Origin: Candidatus Baldrarchaeum yapensis | Lineage (GTDB): Archaea; Asgardarchaeota; Baldrarchaeia; Baldrarchaeales; Baldrarchaeaceae | NCBI GenBank assembly: GCA_016840465.1 | Contig: JAEOSH010000004.1 | Span: 19,904-83,903, forward strand | Length of the DNA stretch: 64,000 nucleotides | Reading direction: 5' to 3' | In this document: piece after piece, positions 20,245 through 29,905 of the stretch | Numbering within the stretch: the first letter of the stretch is position 1 | Layout: each line of letters begins with the position of its first letter | Notes under the pieces: generated by a model | The model's database searches: none | What the model was told of the DNA's origin: nothing | The model's input: the letters and a program-made list of their open reading frames with translations, nothing else | Program-made: the position numbers and the translations under genes

Positions 20245-21498
20245 ATGAGAAGTGGTGTTTTCGAGATGAAGCCTGCGATGATTACTGTATCGTCGGATCC
20301 GCAGGAAAGGGGGGCACGGACGGTTCACGCAAGGTATGCATCCCTGCTCAGGAAATTCTGCTCGGAAGTTCTTCCTATTGTTACAACTTCCGAGGAACTA
20401 GAGAAGTTGGAAGATAGATTGAGAAGGCTACCGTTGGTATTTACAGTAGTCGCGACCGGTGGAACCTCAGATCTGATATTGAAAATTGCGGAGTATACGA
20501 GGGTTGTGATGCTAACACACGGGAAGCAGAACTCCCTCGCATCTGCGTTGAACGCCACCATTCGTCTTAAGCGTAGGGGGATATACACTAAGGTCATCCA
20601 TGAACTATCAACGGATACATTAAGAGAGATCGCGGTGATTTCACAGGCAGCCGACGTTCTTTCTAGAATTAAAGAATTGGAAGTGGTGTTGTTCTGTGCG
20701 CCGGAACAATGGGCCCGAGAAAGATACGGTGTGGAGTTCCTCGAGAGTCTCGGAATGAAACTGACGTTTGTAAACCCCGATGAGTTCATCGAACGGTACG
20801 AATCTGCTATGGAGAGCATAAAATTGCTAAAGAGGTTTCTGGAAGTTCCTTCGGTTGATGTGACGCAGGAAGACGTATCAAAGGTATCTAAGATTTTAGC
20901 GGCGGTTCTGCAGTACATGCAGGAACATGGCACGATCATTTGTGCCTTCAGATGCTTTCCATTTTTGAAGAAGACAGGAATAACTCCATGTCTTGTGCTA
21001 TCGTATCTCCTCGATAGAGGAGTAACCGCAGCATGTGAGGGAGATCTTTCATCCATGCTCATGATGGAGATCCTGCGCCTTCTTTCCGGGAGACCGGCAT
21101 TTATGGCAAACATAGAAGATGTAACGGGCAATATGCTTTTTCTGGCACACTGTACTGTTGCGACGACGATCCTCAGAACATACGTTTTAAGGACCCATTT
21201 CGAGACCGGGTATGGGGTGAGCATAGCTGGGATATTCGATGATAACTTGGAGGTTACCGTCGCGAACTTCTCCCCGGACTTTAAGGAAATGTTCGTAGGT
21301 AGGGGAATAATAAAGGACGGGAAACCGAAATCTGAGGAGTGTTGTCGCACACAGGTGCTCATCGAAATGACAGGAGATCTTCAAACACTTTTGGACGAAC
21401 CCGTTAACAGACATCTATGCGTTGCCATCGGTAATTACGAGGCGCATTTGAAGGCTATTGCAGAAATGCTCGGCATAAAAGTGAGAACGCCGAAGTAA
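20245..21498 (+). CDS. L-fucose/L-arabinose isomerase-like protein (COG2407-like)
   Basis: C-terminal 'NRHLCVAIGNYEAHLKAIAEMLGIKV' and 'ACEGDLSSMLMM' resemble the sugar isomerase family from memory. The assignment is weak. Confidence 0.35.
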   Translation: MRSGVFEMKPAMITVSSDPQERGARTVHARYASLLRKFCSEVLPIVTTSEELEKLEDRLRRLPLVFTVVATGGTSDLILKIAEYTRVVMLTHGKQNSLASALNATIRLKRRGIYTKVIHELSTDTLREIAVISQAADVLSRIKELEVVLFCAPEQWARERYGVEFLESLGMKLTFVNPDEFIERYESAMESIKLLKRFLEVPSVDVTQEDVSKVSKILAAVLQYMQEHGTIICAFRCFPFLKKTGITPCLVLSYLLDRGVTAACEGDLSSMLMMEILRLLSGRPAFMANIEDVTGNMLFLAHCTVATTILRTYVLRTHFETGYGVSIAGIFDDNLEVTVANFSPDFKEMFVGRGIIKDGKPKSEECCRTQVLIEMTGDLQTLLDEPVNRHLCVAIGNYEAHLKAIAEMLGIKVRTPK

Positions 21499-21584
21499 TA
21501 ATTATCGGATCCAACTCACTTACAGTTTTCTGTTAATTTTTCATAAAGAGTAAAACTCAACAATATCATCGATCTTAAGTTGAT

Positions 21585-23045
21585 TTGCGGAAGGTGTGGA
21601 GGTTGTGCAAGTCTGCTGAGAGTGTGGGGGTCATAGTCGGGAAGACCACCACTCACACAGTGACGATAGAGGTCACGGGGAGGATTGAGAATAAGAGTTT
21701 CGTGGAAGTCAAGCATAATGACCGCAACTTCCTTCTTCTTGTAACCGATATGTGGATTAAGGACGGGAAAACTTATGCAAAGTGCTCGGTAATTGGGGAC
21801 CTGCCCCCGACACCATTTGTGCCTGGAACGGAAGTGCATCCAGCATCTCATGAAACAATACGCAACGCACTTATGCTCAAGGTCTCGGAGAAAGAGGGTA
21901 TCTACATCGGGAGGCTACGTAATTATCATGACATCAAAGTTCTGCTTCCGATAAAGAATTTGGGAAGGATCTTCATAACGGGGAGGACCGGCTCAGGTAA
22001 GTCTTACACGGTTGCGGTGTTTGTGGAGGAGTTTCTGAAAAAGGAAATTCCGGTAGTGATAATAGATAGGCATGGGGAATACTCCAGTCTCAAAGTGCCC
22101 TCAGACGAGAGTAAAATCCCGGAGGGGTTTGATGTCAGTCCACGGGGGTACCGAGATCAAATAATGGAGTTTGCGAGGGTGGATGTAAACCCCGGGGCGG
22201 ATCTTCCCATTGAGGCAATACTCACCGCGGAGCCTCAGGATCTCGTGGCATCTAGGCAGTGTACAATAATAAACTTGCGGGGATTGGACCCCGAGGAGCA
22301 GCATGTTCTGGCGTCCGAGGTCCTCGGGAAGTTGTTTGATGCAGCGATGGTTGGAAGGATACAGCCGTTTTTCATCGTGATAGACGAGGCGCATTTCTTT
22401 GCGGGAAAGGAGAAGGTTCCGTCTAAGGAAATTGTGAGGCGGATTGCGCAGGAGGGGCGGAAGTTTGGGATCAACATGATACTCGTAACGCAAAGGCCTC
22501 AACTTCTGGATACGACGATAAGGGCGCAAACCGGGACCTGGGTGATTCACTGCTTGGTGGACTACCGAGATATCGACATAGCGGTAAAGAGTGCTGAGGG
22601 AATGGATGAAACGTGGAAGGAGGAGATAAGAAGGCTGGATCCGGGGATTGCGGTAATAACGGGAGATGCCGTTGGCAGAGTGCCCTTACTCGTGAGGATC
22701 CGGCCGAGGGAAACGATCCACGGGGCTGAAGGGTTCAACCCTTTAGAGTTTGTTGAGCATAAGGATCGCGAGGAGATGGAGAGGCGCCGAGAGGCCCTGA
22801 TGGAGAAATTTTCAGCAAAGCTTCGGGAGGGGCGAATATTATGGGAAAAATACATTGCCAAAGGGAGAACCAGTGTTGAGAATTTGCGAAGGGAGCTTGA
22901 AAGGGTAATAAGGGAAAGAGATCGACTTCTAAGGGAGAACGAGAGGCTTAAGGAGGAGAATAAGAGGCTACGGGAGAGGCTTAAAGAGTTGATAAGAAAG
23001 GCAGAGGAGGCGATCGAATCTATAAAAAGGTCTCGACGATTATAG
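21585..23045 (+). CDS. HerA-like (DUF87/FtsK-HerA superfamily) ATPase with N-terminal HAS-barrel-like region and C-terminal coiled coil
   Basis: Walker A 'GRTGSGKSYTV' and Walker B 'FFIVIDEAHFF'. Beta-rich N-terminus, and a charged heptad-like tail ('RENERLKEENKRLRERLKELIRKAEE'). Confidence 0.6.
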   Translation: MRKVWRLCKSAESVGVIVGKTTTHTVTIEVTGRIENKSFVEVKHNDRNFLLLVTDMWIKDGKTYAKCSVIGDLPPTPFVPGTEVHPASHETIRNALMLKVSEKEGIYIGRLRNYHDIKVLLPIKNLGRIFITGRTGSGKSYTVAVFVEEFLKKEIPVVIIDRHGEYSSLKVPSDESKIPEGFDVSPRGYRDQIMEFARVDVNPGADLPIEAILTAEPQDLVASRQCTIINLRGLDPEEQHVLASEVLGKLFDAAMVGRIQPFFIVIDEAHFFAGKEKVPSKEIVRRIAQEGRKFGINMILVTQRPQLLDTTIRAQTGTWVIHCLVDYRDIDIAVKSAEGMDETWKEEIRRLDPGIAVITGDAVGRVPLLVRIRPRETIHGAEGFNPLEFVEHKDREEMERRREALMEKFSAKLREGRILWEKYIAKGRTSVENLRRELERVIRERDRLLRENERLKEENKRLRERLKELIRKAEEAIESIKRSRRL

Positions 23046-23047
23046 AA

Positions 23048-23890
23048 TTACTGCATCTGTCTCGACTCTTTTCTTAAAACTTCTCTAATGAGGTATTCAA
23101 AGCAGGGAACTATTTCTTCCACAAGCTCTCTTATCTTCCTGTACAAAACCCTATAGTCTATGTGCAAATACCTGTGAACGATTATGTTTCTGAGCCTCAC
23201 AAACCCCTTAAGTCTTTCACCGAAATCATAAGGGAAGTATTGAGCCTCTACGAGTTTTTCTATAAATTCCACATATGTCTCGGCGGGACCAAGCCCCATT
23301 GCTGAAACCAGATGACGACACACATCCAGCAGGGCTTCTATCAACACCTGAACGCTTCTCTCCATCGCTCTTCTTAAAGTTCCCGAGGACAGTATTTCCT
23401 CTATGCTCCTCTTAAGGATTTCATCCTTAAGGTATTTTGTCTCTCCTCGTGCAGCTTCAAGTCTGCTGAGAACAACCTGTTTATCTATTCCATTACCGTT
23501 CAGAAACTCTTTAATGGAAAGTTCTCGCAATAGTTGGATTTCCGGGTACCAGGTATTGACCTCGTTAATGATTTTATTCTCAAAACCTCCTCTATCGACG
23601 AGTTTGATGCCTTCTCTTAAGATCTTAAACTTCATAGAAAGAGGGATGTTCTTGAGGTTCACAAGATCTACTTTTTCCTCGGGAACATTGAGAACTTTTG
23701 CAATTTTAGACTGGAGATGAGCCTCAAGGGCGAGGTCGTCGCCGGAGAGGAGGACCGCTATGTCCCAATCACTATGTAACCTTTGGGAACCGCGCGCCCT
23801 TGAACCGAACAAATATGCTAATAATACTCGGTGCTCCCTTAGCAGGAGCTCCTTGATCCTTTTTATCTCGTCGGAGGCCAATTCTTCCAC
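23048..23890 (-). CDS. fused minimal nucleotidyltransferase (MNT) + HEPN (HepT/DUF86-like) protein
   Basis: N-terminal 'LFGSRARGSQRLHSDWDIAV' (GS...DxD nucleotidyltransferase motif) and C-terminal 'RNIIVHRY' (R-x4-H-x-Y HEPN motif). Confidence 0.6.
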   Translation of the reverse strand: MEELASDEIKRIKELLLREHRVLLAYLFGSRARGSQRLHSDWDIAVLLSGDDLALEAHLQSKIAKVLNVPEEKVDLVNLKNIPLSMKFKILREGIKLVDRGGFENKIINEVNTWYPEIQLLRELSIKEFLNGNGIDKQVVLSRLEAARGETKYLKDEILKRSIEEILSSGTLRRAMERSVQVLIEALLDVCRHLVSAMGLGPAETYVEFIEKLVEAQYFPYDFGERLKGFVRLRNIIVHRYLHIDYRVLYRKIRELVEEIVPCFEYLIREVLRKESRQMQ

Positions 23891-23897
23891 CAGTTCT

Positions 23898-24698
23898 TCA
23901 CCACTCTAATAGTAGGGACCTCAGATATTTTATTCCCTCGAGTGAGAGGTTCGGCTCGTACACCTCAATTACTATGGCTCCGGTAAACTTAATATCCTTT
24001 AACTTTCCGATCAGTGCCTTCCAGTCTATATTTCCGGTCCCGGGAGGCTTATGGAGGTCTTCGGTTCCATCATTATCATGCGCATGTACGCAGACGATTT
24101 TATTGGAGAATTCGTCGATGTATCGGAGGGCCCCCTCAGCGAGATTTGCGTGTCCCACGTCAAGACACAATTTTATCATGTCCGAATCAAGGGATCTAAG
24201 CAGGTATTGGATTTCAGGAATATTATCGCACAAGTATACGAGTTCGCTGCAATCGGGTACGGGCTTGAGGTTTTCTATTGCGGCAGGTATCTGAATATTT
24301 TCGAGAACGGGTATAAACCTTCGAAAAGTGTCGATTGCAATCTCGAGCGCTTTTCGCTTCCCCTCTCTGTAACCAATGTGATGCCCTATGTGAGTGGTCA
24401 CCCATTTAGCGTTTAGCACATCCGCAAGTCTCAGGATTCTATCGTAAAGCCTGATGTGGGCGTTCCTTATCATCGGAATTCTATCTCCGAAGTTCAGCGT
24501 GTACGGAGTATGAATGCTCAAACTAATACCCAAAGAATCGGCAATTTCTGCAATTTCCCTAACCTCGCTACTTTCCGGGTTCTCGGCGAGTGCGTAATTT
24601 GTGTAAATGTCTATCTCAACATGATCTATTCCATGGTGTTCCGCAAGATTTAGATAGAACTTTGTCGGTCTAGGCGATGTCAGGACGCCTATACGCAT
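23898..24698 (-). CDS. sugar phosphate isomerase/epimerase (xylose-isomerase-like TIM barrel)
   Basis: 266-aa ORF; 'HTPY', 'VTTHIGH', 'HAHDNDG'-like metal-site segments. Confidence 0.55.
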   Translation of the reverse strand: MRIGVLTSPRPTKFYLNLAEHHGIDHVEIDIYTNYALAENPESSEVREIAEIADSLGISLSIHTPYTLNFGDRIPMIRNAHIRLYDRILRLADVLNAKWVTTHIGHHIGYREGKRKALEIAIDTFRRFIPVLENIQIPAAIENLKPVPDCSELVYLCDNIPEIQYLLRSLDSDMIKLCLDVGHANLAEGALRYIDEFSNKIVCVHAHDNDGTEDLHKPPGTGNIDWKALIGKLKDIKFTGAIVIEVYEPNLSLEGIKYLRSLLLEW

Positions 24699-24710
24699 GA
24701 TACCACCGTG

Positions 24711-25181
24711 TCACGGCTCGGCCGCCGTGACGACCTCATCTTTTTCCTCCCTTACTCTCTTACAGCATCTTTCATCGGAGAAAATAGGCTTGCCATGGGG
24801 ACATGTGGAAGGGTGATTGAGGAGTTTGCATATTCGGTTTATGAACTCCTCCGATACCACGAAGTCCATGTTTGCGGCCTCCGTGCACGCCTTCTCTACA
24901 TTATACCCCAAGAACTCGACCATGAATACCTCCAGTATCCTATGATTTCGTAAAAGCTGCCTCGCTAATTTTCTTCCCTCCTCGGTGAGCCTTATTCCCT
25001 TGTATGGGATGTACTGTATGTGGTTCCGCTTGGAAAGTTTCTTGAACATCTCAGTGACGGTTGAGGGACTTACCGAGAGTCTCTTCGCGACGTCCAGCGT
25101 TCTTATTATCTCCATGCCCTCCATTTCCATTTCCAGCAGAACCTTAAGATATTCGTACATCCTGCGCCCCAATGCCCTCAC
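24711..25181 (-). CDS. DtxR/MntR-family metal-dependent transcriptional regulator
   Basis: HTH 'LDVAKRLSVSPSTVTEMFKKL' plus a dimerisation/metal-site domain. Lies last in the cbiMQO operon. Confidence 0.6.
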   Translation of the reverse strand: MRALGRRMYEYLKVLLEMEMEGMEIIRTLDVAKRLSVSPSTVTEMFKKLSKRNHIQYIPYKGIRLTEEGRKLARQLLRNHRILEVFMVEFLGYNVEKACTEAANMDFVVSEEFINRICKLLNHPSTCPHGKPIFSDERCCKRVREEKDEVVTAAEP

Positions 25182-26047
25182 CTTCTTCCCGAGATGACAA
25201 CATTCGCTATCAGATCGGCAAGTTCCTCATCGGTGAGGGGCACGACGTCCTCGGGTATGGGCACACCCTTTTGCCTCAGCATCCTCACTATACGTATCGG
25301 CTTGGGAGGATATAAGGATGCCATATGCAACAATTCTTCGTCCGAAAATATTCTCCTAGGCTCCCCCTCTGCAATTATTGATCCATTTTTCATCAAATAA
25401 ATCCTATCTGCAAGTATTGCGGCAACCTCTACATCATGCGTTGCGATTACAAGCGTTAGGCCGCCTCTTTCCTTTAAATCTTTCAGAATACCGAGAATCG
25501 TCATCTTAGATTCGGGATCCAAGCCGGCAACGGGCTCATCAAGAACGAGTATTTCCGGCCTCATCGCGAGAACTCCTGCTATTGCTGCTCTCTTTTTCTG
25601 TCCACCACTCAGATGATGAGGGGGCTTGTGCCGCACCTCCTCCAAACCGGTCACCTTGAGTGCCCACTCTACCCTTCTCCTCACCTCTTCTATTGGAAGC
25701 TTCTGGCATAATGGTCCAAATGCAACATCCTGCTCAACCGTCGGTGCGAAAAGCTGATCATCTGGGTTCTGGAAAACCATTCCCACTATTTTCCTTATCT
25801 TCGGGAGGTTCCTTTTGGTGACCGGGATCCCCTTTACGATCACGGAACCCTTGGTCGGGAGGAGGATTCCATTGAGATGCAGGAGGAGTGTAGTCTTCCC
25901 CGCACCGTTTGGACCGAGAATTGCAACGCATTCACCCTTTTTCACATAAAATTCGAGATTGCAAATTGCGCGAGTCCCATCGGGATAAACATGCTCTATA
26001 CAACATGCTTCGATAATATTATCGTTGGAGTTTTGGTCAGATGGCAA
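25178..26047 (-). CDS. cbiO: ECF/cobalt-type transporter ATPase (CbiO/EcfA)
   Basis: Walker A 'GPNGAGKTT', signature 'LSGGQKKR' and Walker B 'ILVLDEP'. Confidence 0.8.
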   Translation of the reverse strand: MPSDQNSNDNIIEACCIEHVYPDGTRAICNLEFYVKKGECVAILGPNGAGKTTLLLHLNGILLPTKGSVIVKGIPVTKRNLPKIRKIVGMVFQNPDDQLFAPTVEQDVAFGPLCQKLPIEEVRRRVEWALKVTGLEEVRHKPPHHLSGGQKKRAAIAGVLAMRPEILVLDEPVAGLDPESKMTILGILKDLKERGGLTLVIATHDVEVAAILADRIYLMKNGSIIAEGEPRRIFSDEELLHMASLYPPKPIRIVRMLRQKGVPIPEDVVPLTDEELADLIANVVISGRR

Positions 26048-26846
26048 GGATCTCCACCTCCGTTGTTATCCATAAAAGGAGAGAGAGCGAGGAGAGAGAG
26101 CTTACCAAAAATGCCATATCGGTGGCGGAAAATTTCTTATGGGGAGATAGAAGCCTTATTGTGCCATCAAAGCCACGTACCTCCATTGCTGTGTACACCC
26201 TTTCCGCCCTTTCCATTGTTCTGATAAGAAATGCTCCCAAGATGTTCCCGAAGAGTTTGATATTCTCGAAAAACGTTCGTATCAGGCTCCCCCCACGTGC
26301 TCCCACGGCCTCCCTCATCCTTTTCATCTCATCTATAACCAGAAAGACGTACCTGAATGTGAGCAATAGCATGACGGAGAGAGTTCGTGGAAAGGCCTTC
26401 TGAACGTAATAGAGGAGTTCAAAGTGTGAGGTTGTCAGAACGACCATGAATATCGCAAGTGCAGCTGTTACCACTTTTAAAATTATGATTAGCCCCTGCA
26501 TTACCCCCTCGATGCTGAGCGTAACCTTAAAGAGTAAGAGGTCGACAGAAAGTAGCGCCCTTCCCGGCACCGTGAATGGCAACATGATCGAAATTGAAAA
26601 ACCGAAGAGGAATGGGACGGAAAGCCAGGAAATGAAATAACGTGGCGATGCGCGTGTCAGCAGGCAGAGGAAAAATGTCAAAAGGAGTAAGGCGACAAGA
26701 GTTTCAAGGTTATATGTTATTACAACGAGAACTGTGATTGCCAGCACGGTCACCAACTTCGCTATAGGGTGTATCCTGTGGAGAGGACTATCGCCATTCT
26801 CCGCATACTCGTTTATGAGCCAGAAGTCCGGAAATAGCCCCATCAC
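26037..26846 (-). CDS. cbiQ: ECF transporter transmembrane component (CbiQ/EcfT)
   Basis: 269-aa polytopic protein between CbiM and CbiO, with overlapping stops and starts. Confidence 0.6.
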   Translation of the reverse strand: MMGLFPDFWLINEYAENGDSPLHRIHPIAKLVTVLAITVLVVITYNLETLVALLLLTFFLCLLTRASPRYFISWLSVPFLFGFSISIMLPFTVPGRALLSVDLLLFKVTLSIEGVMQGLIIILKVVTAALAIFMVVLTTSHFELLYYVQKAFPRTLSVMLLLTFRYVFLVIDEMKRMREAVGARGGSLIRTFFENIKLFGNILGAFLIRTMERAERVYTAMEVRGFDGTIRLLSPHKKFSATDMAFLVSSLSSLSLLLWITTEVEILAI

Positions 26847-27454
26847 TTCACCTCCACGAGTTCACTGCCCATTTGGGAGAGGTAGTGGAGGATGACCGCC
26901 GTTATTAGGGACTCCACCACCGCCGCACCCACAAAGGCAATTAGAAGGATCAGGTACGTGGCGGGTGATAGCGCTGCACCGAGCGCCAGCATTCCCACCA
27001 TTGCGAATGCGCTTATCACTAACGACACGAAGGTCGCCACGGCCCCGCGTACCAGCACTCTAGGGATTACTCGTCTCAATGAGGTGAATAGCCAGTAAGC
27101 AAGCATCGCCTCAAACACTCCCAGCAGTATTGTGTTTGCGCCCGCAACCATGACCCCGCCGTGGCCTATCATTATGCAGAAGAGGTTGACGACAAAGGCC
27201 GCGAGAAATCCGAGGTACGGGCCCGATAATATTCCGATAAGCGGCATGAAGTCCAGATGAATTCCCCATGCCACAGGTACATTTATTTGCATTACCCCGA
27301 ACGCAAACGCTGCGAGGATTGCAGTCCTCACAATCCTTCTCGGATTCTCATTTCTAGTTTTAAAGAGAGAAACTCCTAGCATGAGTAGTGCGGCGCCCCA
27401 CCAGATGAGGCACCAGGTCATGGGGAGCACTGCCTCACTGTGGATATGCGCCAT
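26843..27454 (-). CDS. cbiM: metal (Co/Ni) ECF substrate-capture component CbiM/NikM
   Basis: Polytopic. Likely real N-terminus 'MAHIH...' resembles the CbiM metal-binding N-terminal Met-His. Confidence 0.55.
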   Translation of the reverse strand: MAHIHSEAVLPMTWCLIWWGAALLMLGVSLFKTRNENPRRIVRTAILAAFAFGVMQINVPVAWGIHLDFMPLIGILSGPYLGFLAAFVVNLFCIMIGHGGVMVAGANTILLGVFEAMLAYWLFTSLRRVIPRVLVRGAVATFVSLVISAFAMVGMLALGAALSPATYLILLIAFVGAAVVESLITAVILHYLSQMGSELVEVK

Positions 27455-27467
27455 AATGCTATCCCCC

Positions 27468-27506
27468 AAATTTCGGTACTACCAAAATTCGGTACCACCG
27501 AAATTT
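27468..27506. promoter_or_regulatory. inverted repeat aaatttcgg-N21-ccgaaattt with internal direct repeat ttcggtac(t/c)acc, immediately 5' of cbiM
   Basis: Read directly from the sequence at 27468-27476 and 27498-27506. The position fits an operator or promoter for the cbiMQO-dtxR operon. Confidence 0.35.
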
Positions 27507-27822
27507 AATACTTTCGAAAACGAACGTCGCGAGAACCTCTCTGTCCCATTAATAAAGGGACATTAAACATAATTTTTGATGTACACTTTTTATCCGACAT
27601 AATAAGTGGTCGGTAGGTTTATTGTGTTAACAACGTCGTTTTCAACTCGACATAAATCTGAATTTTAGGCAGAAGAAACCGACGATTTGATGCAACTAAA
27701 GATATTGAACGTACGTTCGTACTTGAATTACCAAGTCCCGAATCAGGAGAAGGTATAGAAGTGCAAGGATTTTACCTGAAAGATGGGCTGACATTAAGGA
27801 TTTTGCGATAAGGATTGGATAT

Positions 27823-28671
27823 CTATCTCATATAGGTTGCTATTAACTTTATTCCGATCTTCTCCGCATCTTTCTGAGCGCTGGGGTGCACCAAGAATCC
27901 GAAGAGAAAGCCTAATACATCCTTTTCACGATACGCCCTTTTCACCTTATTTAAGGTCTCCGCAAACTTCTTTACCTCCCTCGAATAAATCCTAGACTTG
28001 CATTCACCCACTATTATGACTTCCTTGCCCTCTCTTCGTCCTATCCCAAATAGATTCAATTGTACTTCCTCTCCATCGACAACAACGAACGCTGGCTGAA
28101 GGTCTTCAACGTATATCTTCATATGCCGCTCAAGCCACCCCGGAACCATTACCCTCGCAATGTCCTCCAACCCAAACCCTATCAGGTCGCTTAATCTGCC
28201 GACTTGCCTTGCTAACTCCTGGACCGCCTTCGCCAATTCTTGAACTTGCTCTTCAGTCCTCCTCTGCGCCTCTGCCAATCGGTTCAACTGCTCCTCGGTG
28301 CGCCTCTGCGCTTCCGCGAGTTGGTTAACGCGTTCCTCCGTCCTCCTCTGCGCCTCCGCGAGTTCGTCCACTCGCCTTGCGAGTTCGTTCAGCCGTTCCT
28401 CGGTGCGCCTCTGCGCCTCCGCGAGTTGGTTAACCTGCTCCTCGGTCCGCCTTTGCGCTTCTGCGAGATCGTTCACCCGCTTTGCGAGCTCATTCAGCCG
28501 CTCTTCTGTCTGCCTCTGCGCCTCCACTAAGACTTCTATTTTTTCGGATAGTATTCGCACATTTTTTGACAGTTTATCAAACTCTTCTCTCGTTACCTTG
28601 ATGTCCTTAACCTTGTCCTCAATGACCTTTACGATGAACTCATAAAGCTCGGGGCTTATGCTCATGAGCAA
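27823..28671 (-). CDS. coiled-coil tandem-repeat protein with C-terminal PD-(D/E)xK-like nuclease fold
   Basis: Seven to eight copies of the 14-aa unit 'LAEAQRRTEE(Q/R)(V/L)N(Q/E)', followed by 'VVVDGEE...VIIVGECKSR' (D...E-x-K). Confidence 0.5.
   Translation of the reverse strand: MLMSISPELYEFIVKVIEDKVKDIKVTREEFDKLSKNVRILSEKIEVLVEAQRQTEERLNELAKRVNDLAEAQRRTEEQVNQLAEAQRRTEERLNELARRVDELAEAQRRTEERVNQLAEAQRRTEEQLNRLAEAQRRTEEQVQELAKAVQELARQVGRLSDLIGFGLEDIARVMVPGWLERHMKIYVEDLQPAFVVVDGEEVQLNLFGIGRREGKEVIIVGECKSRIYSREVKKFAETLNKVKRAYREKDVLGFLFGFLVHPSAQKDAEKIGIKLIATYMR
28262..28500. repeat. in-frame 42-bp tandem repeat (about 6 copies) inside the coiled-coil gene
   Basis: Repeating 'cctctgcgcctccgcgagttggttaac...' units are visible in the sequence. 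Confidence 0.7.
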
Positions 28672-28819
28672 CCACTCCGGTCACTCTAACTTCGAGGATT
28701 CTCTATTTAACGTTTATAGTCTCGGGCATTTATCACTAGCAGTCAATGGGTAACATATCATGCAACACGTTACATTCCGTTACGAAATCGAAAGGTCTCT
28801 CATTTCACACAATTCTCTC

Positions 28820-29905
28820 TTACAAAAAGCCAGTATAAGCTTCCGTTATTGCAGAGCATGCCCCACATCTCACACATCCTGCCCTATTCTTCCGTGGGTC
28901 CACTCCGTAAGATTTCAGAGTTTCCGCAAGGACTCTGTACAATTTTATCATCCGCTCCGGTGTGGGTGGTGCTCGATTTTCGAAAGGCGTGCCAATAATT
29001 GGGCGTAGCGGAACGAGATAAGGAATTACTCCCATTCTTGCCACCTCCTCTGCTCCCCGCAATATGCTCTCATCATTTTCTCCAATTCCCGCTATTACAA
29101 ATGTACTCACTTGGTACTCACCAAACAGGTCAATGCAAGTGCGCCACGCCTCAAAATACCTATCTATGTCTATTCGGGCCTTCCCTGGGCATACTTCCTT
29201 GAAAACCTTCCTATCGAAGGTCTCAACATGAATCCCGATGGTATCCGCGCCGGCATCGGCAAGTTCCTCGAGAAACTTGTCGTCATCGGGAGGCTCTAGC
29301 TGTACGTGTATCGGTATATCGTGATGAGACTTCACCTCTTGGACTATCTCCTTCAGTATCAATGCGCCCCGGTCCGGAGACCCCGTTGTCCCGATAGTCA
29401 GCGTTATGTGTTTACAAACCCCCTCTCTAACCGCAGCATCCACTACCTCTCTGAACTGTTTTGGCCTTTTGAGGAGGATCGTCCTGCCCGCCCTGTACGA
29501 CAACTCTATCCCGCAAAACTTACATGCTTTCCCATGCCTCCAGTAAACGCATGTCTGCAGAACCGTTGTCGCGAGACAATCGGTGCCATGTAATAGCGCA
29601 ACTTTCCACATAGGTACGCCATCCGATGTCTTCATTTTGTAGAACTCCGGATAAGGCACCACCTTGGCTTCGGATATCTCCTCATTCCCTCTCCTTATTA
29701 TGATCTTGCCTCTATGCTCGACTAAGGTGAAGGGGGAACTTTCGACGAACTTCCCCCAGAAGGCGGCGTTCACGCACAGATTCCCGGGCAGCAAAAGGTA
29801 CCTTCCTCCGGCAGGTCCCGCCCCTCCTTTTCTTCCTTTGTCGATTTCAACTTCTGGTTTCAGCCCTAAGCACAGGAGGTGCACCTTTAGTTCAGCTGGT
29901 TTCAA
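28820..29905 (-). CDS. radical-SAM-like Fe-S enzyme (non-canonical Cys motif)
   Basis: 'CVYWRHGKACKFCGIE' (C-x8-C-x2-C) plus a C-terminal 'CVRCGACS' cluster and TIM-barrel-like periodicity. Its start overlaps the GNAT gene by 4 nt. Confidence 0.45.
   Translation of the reverse strand: MKPAELKVHLLCLGLKPEVEIDKGRKGGAGPAGGRYLLLPGNLCVNAAFWGKFVESSPFTLVEHRGKIIIRRGNEEISEAKVVPYPEFYKMKTSDGVPMWKVALLHGTDCLATTVLQTCVYWRHGKACKFCGIELSYRAGRTILLKRPKQFREVVDAAVREGVCKHITLTIGTTGSPDRGALILKEIVQEVKSHHDIPIHVQLEPPDDDKFLEELADAGADTIGIHVETFDRKVFKEVCPGKARIDIDRYFEAWRTCIDLFGEYQVSTFVIAGIGENDESILRGAEEVARMGVIPYLVPLRPIIGTPFENRAPPTPERMIKLYRVLAETLKSYGVDPRKNRAGCVRCGACSAITEAYTGFL

Noticed and set aside
20325-21362. 345-aa minus-strand ORF inside the isomerase-like gene, plus similar long antisense ORFs (2313-2666, 22101-22550, 39079-40017, 16879-17220)
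   Set aside because: These are shadow ORFs antisense to well-supported genes. They have low-complexity S/T/R-rich translations and no motifs.
28262-28500. Tandem 42-bp repeats that could be mistaken for a CRISPR array
   Set aside because: The units are contiguous with no spacers, lie in frame inside a 282-aa ORF, and encode a regular coiled-coil heptad-like peptide repeat.
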